Source of the DNA: an uncultured Aestuariivirga sp. | GTDB lineage: Bacteria > Pseudomonadota > Alphaproteobacteria > Rhizobiales > Aestuariivirgaceae | Direction of reading: 5' to 3' | NCBI GenBank assembly: GCA_964486305.1 | Contig: CAZAMS010000223.1 | Span: 1-38,573, forward strand | Length of the DNA stretch: 38,573 bases | In this document: positions 29,227 through 38,434 of the stretch, one piece after another | Layout: each line of letters begins with the position of its first letter | Position numbering within the stretch: the stretch's first letter is position 1 | Position numbers and translations under genes: made by a program | The notes under the pieces: generated by a model | Told to the model about the DNA's origin: nothing | What the model saw: only the letters and a program-made list of their open reading frames with translations | Database searches by the model: none

Positions 29227-30770
29227 CTCTTTGTGGGGGCTTCCCCCTCCTCCACATAGCGCGGGAAAATGGGTGCTGGCGCAGGTAACGCGCCTCCAGA
29301 AACAAGCCGCTTTGGCAAATCAGCAAATCTGCGCTCGGCCACGCCAAGGAGATCGAGAAGCTTCGCTGCCGATTGCGGCACATAGGGCTGAATGAGAATG
29401 CCAACAATGCGCAAAACTTCCGCCGTCACATAAAGCACCGTCTCCATCCTTGAGAGGTCAGTTTTCTTCAGCGCCCAGGGTTCCTGGCTTGCGAAATAGC
29501 GGTTGGTATCGGCCACCACTTTCCAGATTGTATCCAGAGCACGGCTGATCGCGAAGGCCTCGTGATGCAAACGAACTTCGGCGAGTAACCCATCGGCACT
29601 GCCAAGAATTTCCGTGTCGGTATCCGTCAATGGCCCGCAAGCGGGAACCTTACCCCCGCAATTCTTCGCAATCATCGAAAGCGAGCGCTGCGCCAGGTTG
29701 CCGAGGTCGTTGGAAAGGTCAGCATTCATCCGTGCCACGATGGCTTCGTGGCTGTAATTGCCGTCCTGCCCAAAGGGCACTTCGCGCATAAAAAAATAAC
29801 GCAGGGGATCAACGCCGTATTGTGCAACGAGACTAGCCGGTGCCACCACGTTGCCAACCGACTTCGACATCTTTTCGCCGCGGCTGAACAGGAATCCATG
29901 CACTACAATCTGCTTCGGCAGAGGCAGCTTTGCTGACATCAAAAACGCCGGCCAGTAAATTGCATGAAAGCGCGTGATGTCCTTGCCAATCACATGGGCG
30001 GATGCCGGCCAGAACTTTGCCCTCCCGGCTTTCCCATCCGGATATCCCGTGGCCGTAATATAATTTGTGAGCGCGTCGACCCACACATACATCACATGCT
30101 TGGCATCGCCCGGAACCGGAATGCCCCAGTCAAATGTCGTGCGGCTGATAGAAAGGTCATTCAACCCGCGTTTGACGAAGGCAACGATTTCATTCTTGTA
30201 TTTCTCCGGCACAATGAAGTCCGGATTGGCTTCATAGAAATCCAGCAGCGGCTTGGCATAGGCTGAGAGTTTAAAGAAATAGCTTTCCTCGGCCACCCAC
30301 TCAACCGGGGTGCCGGTCTTGGTGGAGTATTTCTTGCCTTCGCGCTCTTCTATTTCATCCTCGTCGTAGTAGGCCTCGTCACGCACCGAATACCAGCCGG
30401 AGTATTTTGACAGGTAAATGTCGCCATTGGCCGCCATGCGCTTCCAGATATCCTGCACGGCTTCGCGATGGCGAACCGAGGTGGTGCGAACGATGTCATC
30501 GGCGCGCGCATTCAGGAGATCGCCCATCTCTTCAAATTGCCAGGCAGTTCGGTCCGCCAGGGCAAGTGGCGTCAGACCCTCGCGCGCCGCTGTCTGCTGC
30601 ATTTTTTGGCCATGCTCATCCATTCCGGTCACAAAGAATACATTGGCTCCATCATGCCGCTTGAAGCGCGCCATCACATCGGTGGCAATACGCTCATAGG
30701 CGTGTCCGATGTGGGGTGCTCCGTTGGCATAGGGAATGGCCGTTGTAATCAGGTAGTTCTGCTGTGACAT
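29223..30770 (-). CDS. metG: Methionine--tRNA ligase (short form)
   Basis: [40 protein letters not shown]. Confidence 0.98.
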   Translation of the reverse strand: MSQQNYLITTAIPYANGAPHIGHAYERIATDVMARFKRHDGANVFFVTGMDEHGQKMQQTAAREGLTPLALADRTAWQFEEMGDLLNARADDIVRTTSVRHREAVQDIWKRMAANGDIYLSKYSGWYSVRDEAYYDEDEIEEREGKKYSTKTGTPVEWVAEESYFFKLSAYAKPLLDFYEANPDFIVPEKYKNEIVAFVKRGLNDLSISRTTFDWGIPVPGDAKHVMYVWVDALTNYITATGYPDGKAGRAKFWPASAHVIGKDITRFHAIYWPAFLMSAKLPLPKQIVVHGFLFSRGEKMSKSVGNVVAPASLVAQYGVDPLRYFFMREVPFGQDGNYSHEAIVARMNADLSNDLGNLAQRSLSMIAKNCGGKVPACGPLTDTDTEILGSADGLLAEVRLHHEAFAISRALDTIWKVVADTNRYFASQEPWALKKTDLSRMETVLYVTAEVLRIVGILIQPYVPQSAAKLLDLLGVAERRFADLPKRLVSGGALPAPAPIFPRYVEEGEAPTKS

Positions 30771-30796
30771 GAGTTCCGCGACTTCAAAAAATGGGA

Positions 30797-31816
30797 TTAG
30801 GCCGTCTTCATGGCCTCATTGATCAACGACAAAGCATTAATAACAGCCTGACGCCGATCGAGATTTAGGGCATTTGTCTGCCGAATGGAATGGCCAATTG
30901 CCACGTAGGCATCGGCCATTGCGTGGCCGCGGCTTGCGATTCCGGCCTTGCGCGCCTGTGACCCGGTCCAGCCTTCAAGGAGGCTGAAAAATATTTCAAA
31001 ATCATCAGTAGTACTGGTCCGCGAGCCGAAACGGTTGCCGAATTCCACCAGCGAAGCGGAGGTCATATTTCCCATAGCCTGAAATGCCGCAAAGGATTTG
31101 GCACCAGTCGACCCCAGAAGCTCCAGGCCACGGCCAGGGCTGCCACCTGCCAATTTTGCGGCGACCTCCAATGCCTCGCGGCCTAGTGGCTCATCCACGG
31201 GTAAATTGGTCAACACGCGCATCGTTTCGTCTTGGGAAAGCGGAAGCAAGTCAATCCGCAAACAGCGCGATCTAATGGTACGAAGCAATCGTCCCGGATA
31301 ATTGCAAACCAGCAGAAGCAGGCATTTCGGCGGTGGTTCTTCAATGAGTTTCAGCAATGCGTTGGCGGAAGCGTTGTTGAGGTCATCGGCCGCGTCAATA
31401 ATGGCAACACGCCAACCGCCGCTCCCTGCCGTGAGGCCGAAGAATTCGGAAAGCTGGCGGGCATCATCAACCGCCAATTCGGATTTCAGTTTTTTTGTCT
31501 TGCTGTCCCAATTGCGCTCAAGAACAAACAGGTCCGGATGCGACCTTGAGGCAAGCCAATGAGCCGTGCGCGAATCCGGATCAATACCCAGATCTCCCGA
31601 GACGGATCGGGCGGCGGCCAGCACATAACCTGCAAAACGATAGGCGAGGCTTGCTTTGCCAATTCCTTTTGGCCCTGAAATCATCCAGGCATGGTGCAGT
31701 TTACCGGAATCGAAAGCCTGCCGCATCCGCCGTTCAGCGTGGAGATGTCCCAGCAATAATTTTGTGTGTCGCGGATGCGACGCCACTTCGCGTGGGTCCG
31801 TCTCTTCCTCAGCCAT
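30797..31816 (-). CDS. holB: DNA polymerase III subunit delta'
   Basis: [40 protein letters not shown] 31816 overlaps the tmk end. Confidence 0.95.
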   Translation of the reverse strand: MAEEETDPREVASHPRHTKLLLGHLHAERRMRQAFDSGKLHHAWMISGPKGIGKASLAYRFAGYVLAAARSVSGDLGIDPDSRTAHWLASRSHPDLFVLERNWDSKTKKLKSELAVDDARQLSEFFGLTAGSGGWRVAIIDAADDLNNASANALLKLIEEPPPKCLLLLVCNYPGRLLRTIRSRCLRIDLLPLSQDETMRVLTNLPVDEPLGREALEVAAKLAGGSPGRGLELLGSTGAKSFAAFQAMGNMTSASLVEFGNRFGSRTSTTDDFEIFFSLLEGWTGSQARKAGIASRGHAMADAYVAIGHSIRQTNALNLDRRQAVINALSLINEAMKTA

Positions 31817-32438
31817 GGAATAAGTCTCCCCAGGCTTTCTGAACCCGCTCAGCGACAATCTCTATCGATCCTGTGGCATCTATGACCCGGCAGCGGGCCG
31901 GATCGCCTTCAGCAATCATCAAAAACCCGCGACGCAGGGTCTGGTGAAACACAACCCCCTTTCGTTCATAACGGTCCTCAGCACCATCATTGCGGGTTTT
32001 GGCCCGCGCCAAACCTTCCGCTGGTTCGAGGTCAAAGATAAACGTGAGGTTTGGTCGCGTATCGCCAATGATGGAAGTTTCGAGAGCATCTAGCAGGCCC
32101 ATATCACAACCGCCTGCATAGCCCTGATAGGCCCGCGTGGAATCCATGAAACGGTCACAGAGAACCGTTTGTCCGGATGCCAGCGCCGGTCGAATGATTT
32201 TTTGCAAATGGGATGAACGCGCCGCATAGTTCAGGAGCGCCTCAGCCTCGGCAGTCCAGCGCTCTGTATCACCGCTTACCAGCAAAGTGCGCAAAGCTTC
32301 AGCCTCTGGAGTTCCGCCGGGCTCGCGCGTTTGAACGACGCGGTGTCCTTGCGTCGTCAGCGCACCCGCCAATAATTTCAATTGGGTTGACTTGCCGCTA
32401 CCCTCGCCGCCTTCAAAGGTAACGAATATTCCCGCCAT
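31809..32438 (-). CDS. tmk: Thymidylate kinase
   Basis: FEGGEGSGKSTQ, TREPGG, CDRFMDSTRAYQG. Confidence 0.97.
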   Translation of the reverse strand: MAGIFVTFEGGEGSGKSTQLKLLAGALTTQGHRVVQTREPGGTPEAEALRTLLVSGDTERWTAEAEALLNYAARSSHLQKIIRPALASGQTVLCDRFMDSTRAYQGYAGGCDMGLLDALETSIIGDTRPNLTFIFDLEPAEGLARAKTRNDGAEDRYERKGVVFHQTLRRGFLMIAEGDPARCRVIDATGSIEIVAERVQKAWGDLFHG

Positions 32439-32439
32439 C

Positions 32440-33594
32440 CTAGCCGCCAAGAGCCATGATCATCAGGCTATCCATCGCCCTGCTCCAAATCGACTCCACA
32501 GCATCCACGGCGTTGGCGGTTTCGACGGGCACCTCGGCAATCGCCTTTCCATCCATCATGAACCGCACCGTGCCAATCTGGTCACCAGCTTTGACGGGCG
32601 CAATAAGCGGGCCAGCATAGGAAAGCTTTACTTCAATGCTCTCTTGCTCCTTCGCTGACAACGCCAGACGAAGGTCCTGCTTGATCACCAAATCTACCCA
32701 GCGCGACGCCCCTCCCCAGACTCGCGCCTTGCTAACGACGTCACCAGAAGTATAGACATCAATGGTCTTGAATTGGCGGAAGCCCCAATCCAATAATCTT
32801 GTCGCTTCGTCATTGCGCTCTTTGATGGACTTGAGACCAGCGACCACGAGCACAAGACGCCTTCCATCACGTATGGCTGAGGCCACCATGCTGTAGCCCG
32901 AGTCCTTGATATATCCGGTTTTCATCCCATCGGCGCCGGGATAATCCACGAGCAGCGAATTCCTATTTTTTTGCGTTATATTGTTCCAGGTGAATTCCCG
33001 TTCGCCGTAAATTTTGTAGTACTCAGGAAATTCCGAAATGATGTGGCGGGCAACAATTGTCAGATCACGCACACTCATCAAATGCTCCGGATCAGGCAGC
33101 CCGGTCACATTCTTGAACACCGCATTCTTTAATCCCAATTCCTGTCCACGCTTGGTCATGCGGAGGGCATATTCCGGTTCTGAACCCGCTATCCCTTCGG
33201 CCATGGCAATGCAGGCTTCATTGGCCGACTGGATCATGGATCCACGCATCAGGTCAATGAGCCGCACACGCGAATTGACGTTGGCATACATGGTTGAGCC
33301 GCCGGACACGCCACCGCCGCGCCGCCAGGCATCTTCGCTGATCAGGAATTCCTGATCCAGGGTCAGTTCACCCGTCTTCAAGGCCTCGAAAACGAGCGTC
33401 ATGGTCATGAGCTTGCTCATGCTGGCAGGCTGGACAAGTTCATCGGCATTCTTTTCGAAGAACACGATGCCGGATTTGGCATCAATGAGAATTGCTCGCG
33501 GAGCCGTGGTTTCGAAAGGCAGTTCCTGTGCAAAACCTGCGCTCGATGTAGCGAGCAAGGCTAACCACAATATAGTTCTTAAGAGGATTCTCAT
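32440..33594 (-). CDS. dacA: D-alanyl-D-alanine carboxypeptidase (PBP5/6)
   Basis: Signal peptide, ASMSK (SxxK), SAN (SxN), KTG, PBP5 C-terminal domain. Start is 33594 or 33603. Confidence 0.95.
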   Translation of the reverse strand: MRILLRTILWLALLATSSAGFAQELPFETTAPRAILIDAKSGIVFFEKNADELVQPASMSKLMTMTLVFEALKTGELTLDQEFLISEDAWRRGGGVSGGSTMYANVNSRVRLIDLMRGSMIQSANEACIAMAEGIAGSEPEYALRMTKRGQELGLKNAVFKNVTGLPDPEHLMSVRDLTIVARHIISEFPEYYKIYGEREFTWNNITQKNRNSLLVDYPGADGMKTGYIKDSGYSMVASAIRDGRRLVLVVAGLKSIKERNDEATRLLDWGFRQFKTIDVYTSGDVVSKARVWGGASRWVDLVIKQDLRLALSAKEQESIEVKLSYAGPLIAPVKAGDQIGTVRFMMDGKAIAEVPVETANAVDAVESIWSRAMDSLMIMALGG

Positions 33595-33663
33595 GCCGCT
33601 CACAGTTTACCTCGCTGAAGGCGTGAACCTACTGGCCTTTCACGGTAAAATCAACGCGAAGGT

Positions 33664-34635
33664 TTATTGCAGAGATGCCTGCTGAAGATGCGACTCAAGC
33701 AAATGGGCATCGGGAAGGCCATAGCCATGAACTTGATTGAGCGCAATTTGCGCATCATTCAGGTTGTCAAAGGGCCCTACCCGCATGCGGTAAACTGGAC
33801 CGTCATTTCCCATGAGTTCAGCCACCTGAACCGGCCCGATATTGACGAACTCACGGCGCAGCCGCTCCGCGTTATCAGGATCTGCGAAAGTTCCGGCCTG
33901 TACAAAATAGTTCACAGCACTCGGAGGACTTTGCTCGATTTGCGCAACTGTCTGCTCCGGCTCTGCTTCATAACTCTCTAGCGGCTCGGGTTCCGCCAGT
34001 GCAATCTGGATATTGTCCGAACGGCGCTTGCCACTGGCCGCCACAATCATCTGGCGCAGCGGTGTGCCGTTTTCCAGCTCTTGGTTCATCGCCATGAGAT
34101 GGGTTCCATTATCGTTAAGCGGAGCCGGCCCGATATACTGCACCCGGACTTTCGCCGTACCCTGCCGTTTAAAGCCAAGCAACGAAGCCGATTGCTTGGA
34201 TAAATCAATAATGCGTAGACCCACAAATGGGCCCCGGTCGTTGATGCGGACAATGATTGTGGCGCCGTTGTTGACGTTGGTGACCTTGGCATAGCTCGGC
34301 AAAGGCAATGTAGGATGCGCCGCCGTCAGGCGGTCCATGTCAAACCACTCGCCATTGGACGTCATGCGCCGGTTGAAGGCCTCTCCGTACCAGGAAGCAG
34401 GACCGGTTTTATCATAATTGGGTTGTTCTTTGGGTGTGAACCAGCGGCCCGCAACTTGATAGGGATTACCCACATGATAGCGTCCGCCGCCAATAGGTAC
34501 GGGCCCCTTGCCCTTGTAATAGGGGCTGCCCGTGCCTGCGAACGGATTACGTGGCGCCGAGCGCTGGGATGAGCAACCAGAGATGGTTATGCTCATGGCT
34601 AATAGGATACAGGAAATGCTGAGCAATTTACGCAT
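33664..34635 (-). CDS. rlpA: Septal ring lytic transglycosylase RlpA lipoprotein with SPOR domain
   Basis: Lipobox ISGC, ASWYG, TAAHPTLPLPS, RINDRGPF, RIIDLS, C-terminal SPOR (VQAGTF...YRMRVGPF). Confidence 0.96.
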   Translation of the reverse strand: MRKLLSISCILLAMSITISGCSSQRSAPRNPFAGTGSPYYKGKGPVPIGGGRYHVGNPYQVAGRWFTPKEQPNYDKTGPASWYGEAFNRRMTSNGEWFDMDRLTAAHPTLPLPSYAKVTNVNNGATIIVRINDRGPFVGLRIIDLSKQSASLLGFKRQGTAKVRVQYIGPAPLNDNGTHLMAMNQELENGTPLRQMIVAASGKRRSDNIQIALAEPEPLESYEAEPEQTVAQIEQSPPSAVNYFVQAGTFADPDNAERLRREFVNIGPVQVAELMGNDGPVYRMRVGPFDNLNDAQIALNQVHGYGLPDAHLLESHLQQASLQ

Positions 34636-34654
34636 ACAAACTCCACCTGGCCCC

Positions 34655-34769
34655 CTAGATCACGATGACTTTTGACGGAACGGTCAAAAGTCATAAGCGT
34701 GATCGTCGATTCAATGCTGGAGCATAATTGAACGCCAAAACGATCCCGTCTTGGCGCATTATGCTCTAG
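34655..34769. repeat. CTAG-bounded double-hairpin intergenic repeat (CIR/RIME/BRU-RS-like), copy 1
   Basis: CTAGATCACG-ATGACTTTTGAC...GTCAAAAGTCAT..CGTGATC, a linker with GATTC, then GAGCATAAT..CGCCAA...TTGGCG.ATTATGCTCTAG. Homologous to 37882-37995. Confidence 0.88.
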
Positions 34770-34841
34770 CCCCTTTGCGTTACCGCAAAGCCACAGCTGT
34801 AGTTTTCGCGCAAAGTGCGTAAAATTTGAGTTGAATTGTAT

Positions 34842-34858
34842 GGTTAACTAAGTGTTGA
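34842..34858 (-). promoter_or_regulatory. Putative CtrA site upstream of rlpA
   Basis: The minus strand reads TCAA-CACTTAG-TTAACC, one mismatch from TTAA-N7-TTAAC. Confidence 0.5.
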
Positions 34859-34861
34859 ATA

Positions 34862-35599
34862 TCAATTTAATGTCACAGGAGCAGCAGGCGCTGCAGCAGG
34901 CGTGAGCCGCACCAAATTCGACTGTGCTGAATCAATCCCTTTTTCGGCGGCTTGCTTGTAATAACTTGCAGCCTTTTCGCGATTTTTTGTAACACCCCAA
35001 CCCATTTCATACATGCCGCCAAGATTGTTGAGACCCCAGCCATCGCCCTGATTGGCAGCCAGCTCAAAAAGCTTGAAGGCCTCGCTCACGTTGCGTTCGA
35101 CGCCTTTGCCATTCAAATACAAAATGCCCAGATTGTTTTGCGCAACGGCCAGCTTTGCATCCGCAGCCTTGCGGTACCATTCCACGGCCTTCGCCTCATC
35201 TACCGAAACGCCCAGACCATTTTGGTAGGCTTGGCCCATGGCATTCTGTGCCTCAAGGTGACCACTGTTAGCGGCCGCCTCATAGAGTTTCGCCGCCGTT
35301 TTCAAGTCCTTGGTCAGGCCCTTTGCCCCTTTGCTCACCAACCGGGCAAGGCGGAATTCAGCTTCAATATTGCCCGCAAGGGCTGCCTCACGATACCATT
35401 TCGCGGCCTCGGCAATATCTTTCTTTGCCTCGCCACCCTGCTCATAGGCGCTCGCCACCGCCATTTGGGCTTCTTCATCGCCAACCTTGGCAAGTTTAAG
35501 TTTCTTGGAAAAAGGCAGCTCACTGAATGTCTCAGCGACTGCAAGCGAAGTGCCCGAGAACATCAATACGACAAACAAACAACCCAGAATGCGTTTCAT
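34862..35599 (-). CDS. Secreted Sel1-like repeat protein
   Basis: Signal peptide plus five repeats of the AQxNLGxxYxxGxGVxxDxxxAxxWYxxAA type. Confidence 0.93.
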   Translation of the reverse strand: MKRILGCLFVVLMFSGTSLAVAETFSELPFSKKLKLAKVGDEEAQMAVASAYEQGGEAKKDIAEAAKWYREAALAGNIEAEFRLARLVSKGAKGLTKDLKTAAKLYEAAANSGHLEAQNAMGQAYQNGLGVSVDEAKAVEWYRKAADAKLAVAQNNLGILYLNGKGVERNVSEAFKLFELAANQGDGWGLNNLGGMYEMGWGVTKNREKAASYYKQAAEKGIDSAQSNLVRLTPAAAPAAPVTLN

Positions 35600-35662
35600 C
35601 TGACTGCCTTACTACCGCAAAGCATGTTTTGATACAATATCATGACAATAATCTGATATCGT

Positions 35663-36091
35663 TCAATTCGTGCGGATGAATTTCATCGTTTTGCAAAACG
35701 GACCAACGCAGCCCTTAACTTTCATGGTGCTGCCGGAAAGTTTCATGTAGGAAGAGTAGGTTTTGCCATCGTCGGCATTGTAGATTGTGCCTTTCCACTT
35801 GTTCTCGCCCGCCGGCTTCATGTTTGCGAGAATGGTAAGGCCCATCAGCGGCCTGTTGCTCAGGGCCTCATTGGGGTTTTTCCTGTCCACCTTTGGTTTA
35901 CCTTCCTTGTTCAAAGGCTTAGCCAATCCAACAATCGCCCCACACAGGCTCGGCCCGCAAGGAGCGATTCGTACCGTAACTTTCCCACTGTCCAGCATCC
36001 AGATACCGGTGGCAGCTTCATCGGCAAGCGCCCATCCGGGAAAACCCAGGGCAAAAAGTCCTACAATTCCCAGTTTCCTGAATAATTTCAA
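35663..36091 (-). CDS. DUF2147-family periplasmic protein
   Basis: Signal peptide, GIW, CGxxLCGxI, DxKNP, W-x-G-x-IYNxxDGKTY, KGC...CK. Confidence 0.88.
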   Translation of the reverse strand: MKLFRKLGIVGLFALGFPGWALADEAATGIWMLDSGKVTVRIAPCGPSLCGAIVGLAKPLNKEGKPKVDRKNPNEALSNRPLMGLTILANMKPAGENKWKGTIYNADDGKTYSSYMKLSGSTMKVKGCVGPFCKTMKFIRTN

Positions 36092-36200
36092 TGTCCGTCT
36101 CCTATAGCCATTTTGGCCCGCGACTATGTCTCCAAGACAATTGTACCGCCTTCATAACTCGGCTACTTTTCCGCCCCACATATAGCAAAGGAAGCTTGTT

Positions 36201-36968
36201 ATGAGCAACGTCACTAACCTCAGCCGTCATCGCAGCCATGACTCAAACGAATGGCAATTGCGTGTTGACCTTGCGGCAGCATTTAGGCTGGCCGCCAGAA
36301 ATGACTGGCATGAGGCCGTTGCCAATCATTTTAGCCTGGCAGTTTCGAATGACGGCAAGAAGTTTTTGATGAACCCGCGCTGGCGCCATTTTTCGAAGAT
36401 GACGGCCTCGGAGCTGCTTTTGCTCGACACGGAAGATCACTCAACCATGCAGAAGCCTAACGCCCCGGACCTCACCGCCTGGTCGCTCCACGGCAGGCTC
36501 CACGCCCTGCTTCCGCAGGCGCGCTGCATTATGCACCTGCACCCGCCCTATGCCACGGCTATCGCTTCGCTGGCCGATCCAGACATAAAACCCATCGACC
36601 AGAATACTTCGCGTTTCTACAACCGCGTGGCTTTTGACATGGACTATGGCGGAATGGCCAACACCGATGAGGAAGGCGAACGCCTCGCCCGACTCATGGG
36701 CAACAAGTCCATCATGATGATGGGCAATCACGGCGTGTTGATCTGTGCGGCAACGGTAGCGGAAGCCTATGACCTCACGTATTACTTGGAACGTTCCTGC
36801 CGAAATCTCGTGTTGGCCTATCAGACGGGCCAGCCCCTCCACGTGATGAACGCCAAGGTGGCCGAAAAAACCGCGCAGGAATGGGAAGTCGACCGCGAGC
36901 AGTTCCACGCCCATTTCGCCGAGATGAAATCGATACTGGATGTGACCGACACGAGCTACGCCGAATAG
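36201..36968 (+). CDS. Class II aldolase/adducin-family protein
   Basis: LRVDLAAAFR, NHFS, MHLH, MGNHGV metal-binding motifs. Confidence 0.92.
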   Translation: MSNVTNLSRHRSHDSNEWQLRVDLAAAFRLAARNDWHEAVANHFSLAVSNDGKKFLMNPRWRHFSKMTASELLLLDTEDHSTMQKPNAPDLTAWSLHGRLHALLPQARCIMHLHPPYATAIASLADPDIKPIDQNTSRFYNRVAFDMDYGGMANTDEEGERLARLMGNKSIMMMGNHGVLICAATVAEAYDLTYYLERSCRNLVLAYQTGQPLHVMNAKVAEKTAQEWEVDREQFHAHFAEMKSILDVTDTSYAE

Positions 36969-37029
36969 GGCTTGAAACCTTGGAAGATACTGCTACATCG
37001 CGTGGGCCAGGCGATCAGGTTTACCTCGT

Positions 37030-37119
37030 GGAGGGGTGGCAGAGTGGTCGATTGCGACGGTCTTGAAAACCGTTGGGAGTGAAAGCTTTCCGGGGGTTCG
37101 AATCCCTCCCCCTCCGCCA
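37030..37119 (+). tRNA. tRNA-Ser (anticodon TGA)
   Basis: GGAGGGG/CCCCTCC acceptor stem, discriminator G, encoded CCA. Anticodon arm ACGGT-CTTGAAA-ACCGT, long variable arm, GTTCGAATC T-loop, 90 nt. Confidence 0.97.
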
Positions 37120-37276
37120 AATATAACGTTTAAATGCTTGAAATAAAAAGGTTTTAAGGTTTGATGGGAGTGTGTGACCCACCTGCCAGCCAATCGGCGT
37201 CGCACGGCACGGGTTCGCTTAACCAAATTCATTGAGTCCTTAGTAATTTTCTCTGCAATGGGGCATACTGACCGAC

Positions 37277-37585
37277 ATGCTGAACTTTGCCTCCCACACT
37301 AACCATCGCAAGCATCCCCGCCACAGGGTTCTTAAGGAAGGTAAGATCATTTCCTCGGTCACCCCCAGCATAATCGATGTGACAATCCGCGACTTAAGTG
37401 TTGGGGGTGCCCGCATCCAGCTGCCACATTCTATGGAATTGCCGAGAGAATTTAGCCTGTGGGTTACATCGGAAAAAATGCTCTACCCAGTGACTGCGAA
37501 GTGGCACGAGGGAGAACTGATGGGCCTAGCGTTTATAAACGAACCACATCATGTGCCATTGATCGATTTCAAAAAACTGCACTAA
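37277..37585 (+). CDS. Stand-alone PilZ-domain (c-di-GMP-binding) protein
   Basis: RKHPR (RxxxR) and DLSVGG (DxSxxG) motifs, ends W...MGLAF. Confidence 0.88.
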   Translation: MLNFASHTNHRKHPRHRVLKEGKIISSVTPSIIDVTIRDLSVGGARIQLPHSMELPREFSLWVTSEKMLYPVTAKWHEGELMGLAFINEPHHVPLIDFKKLH

Positions 37586-37712
37586 CGGTTGCGTCACGCA
37601 TTCCGCCGTCGAGCTTGAATTTGTTATCCATGCACTCCTCAATTATCAAATTATTGTGGACAAACTGCGAGCAATTATTGAATTGCGACTAAGAATTGTA
37701 TATCAAATATTA

Positions 37713-37786
37713 GGGAAGCAAACCCACAGTTTCCCATAGTCCTGCTTTCAACCCCTGTTTCCCCCGCACAGCAGGGGTTTCTTTTT
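37713..37786 (+). ncRNA. Candidate small RNA (two C-rich-loop hairpins, the second a terminator)
   Basis: GGGAAGC-AAACCCACA-GTTTCCC (37713-37735), then AACCCCTGTT-TCCCCCGCAC-AGCAGGGGTT followed by TCTTTTT. AT-rich upstream region and no credible ORF. Confidence 0.4.
37750..37786 (+). terminator. Rho-independent terminator
   Basis: AACCCCTG/CAGGGGTT stem followed by a T tract. Confidence 0.7.
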
Positions 37787-37881
37787 GTCTTGCATCGAAA
37801 CTAATTCGTCATTCAATCCTTGAAAACCATCGACCCACTAGGTTTGGCTAGGCTTGCGCGTTATTGGCTGCGCCGTAAGTC

Positions 37882-37995
37882 CTAGATCACGATGATTTTG
37901 GATTGAATCAATCCAAAATCATCGTGATCGAAATCAATAATTTGGAGCATGATGTTATCGCCAAAGTCAGTCAACTTTGGCGCATCATGCTCTAG
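37882..37995. repeat. CTAG-bounded double-hairpin intergenic repeat (CIR/RIME/BRU-RS-like), copy 2
   Basis: Perfect 45-bp palindrome 37885-37929 centred on GAATC, linker AATCAATAATTTG, second hairpin GAGCATGATG..CGCCAAAGT/ACTTTGGCG-CATCATGCTC. Confidence 0.9.
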
Positions 37996-38267
37996 TCGTT
38001 CTTGGATTTCTCATCCCCACTGCCGGGCAAGAGTGGTGCCGCAGCCTGCGCTATTGCATCAACTGCACGTCTCACGAACCCTTTGCCAGCTTTTTTGGCC
38101 GCAATAGTCTTGCGACGAACTGACTTCACAACTGCGCGAGCGGTTCTTTTGACTGCCTTAACCGTCGAGGTTTTCTTCTTGGCTGACTTTTTGGCGTTAA
38201 CTTTTTTCTTCCCAGGCTTCTTGGCGCTGGCTTTCTTTTTCGTAGTTCTTGACGCTTTGCGGGCCAT
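37992..38267 (-). CDS. Small Lys/Ala/Arg-rich basic protein (histone H1-like, putative nucleoid-associated)
   Basis: MARKASRTTKKKASAKKPGKKKVNAKKSAKKK.... GGGAGGG RBS. The stop TAG lies in the repeat terminus. Confidence 0.75.
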   Translation of the reverse strand: MARKASRTTKKKASAKKPGKKKVNAKKSAKKKTSTVKAVKRTARAVVKSVRRKTIAAKKAGKGFVRRAVDAIAQAAAPLLPGSGDEKSKND

Positions 38268-38434
38268 AGCTTCTTCCCTCCCTAAGCTGAGAGTCTGTCC
38301 AAGAATTGAAAGTCAGGTCGATTGTTGCACTTTGGAGGCGCTTTGGCCGACGTCGCTGCCAGTAAAAGAGCCAAAATCGTCCACTTCTCCATGTTTGTAG
38401 CAAACTGATGAGCCGAATTCGGTCCTCCTTACCT

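Noticed and set aside
37624-37664. DnaA-box-like 9-mers (TTATCCATG, TGTGGACAA)
   Set aside because: Only two, both mismatched, and the dif/KOPS evidence points to terminus rather than origin.
38002-38403. ORFs 38002-38400 (+) and 38197-38403 (-)
   Set aside because: They are the antisense or alternative frame of the Lys-rich gene, which has the better RBS and a coherent composition.
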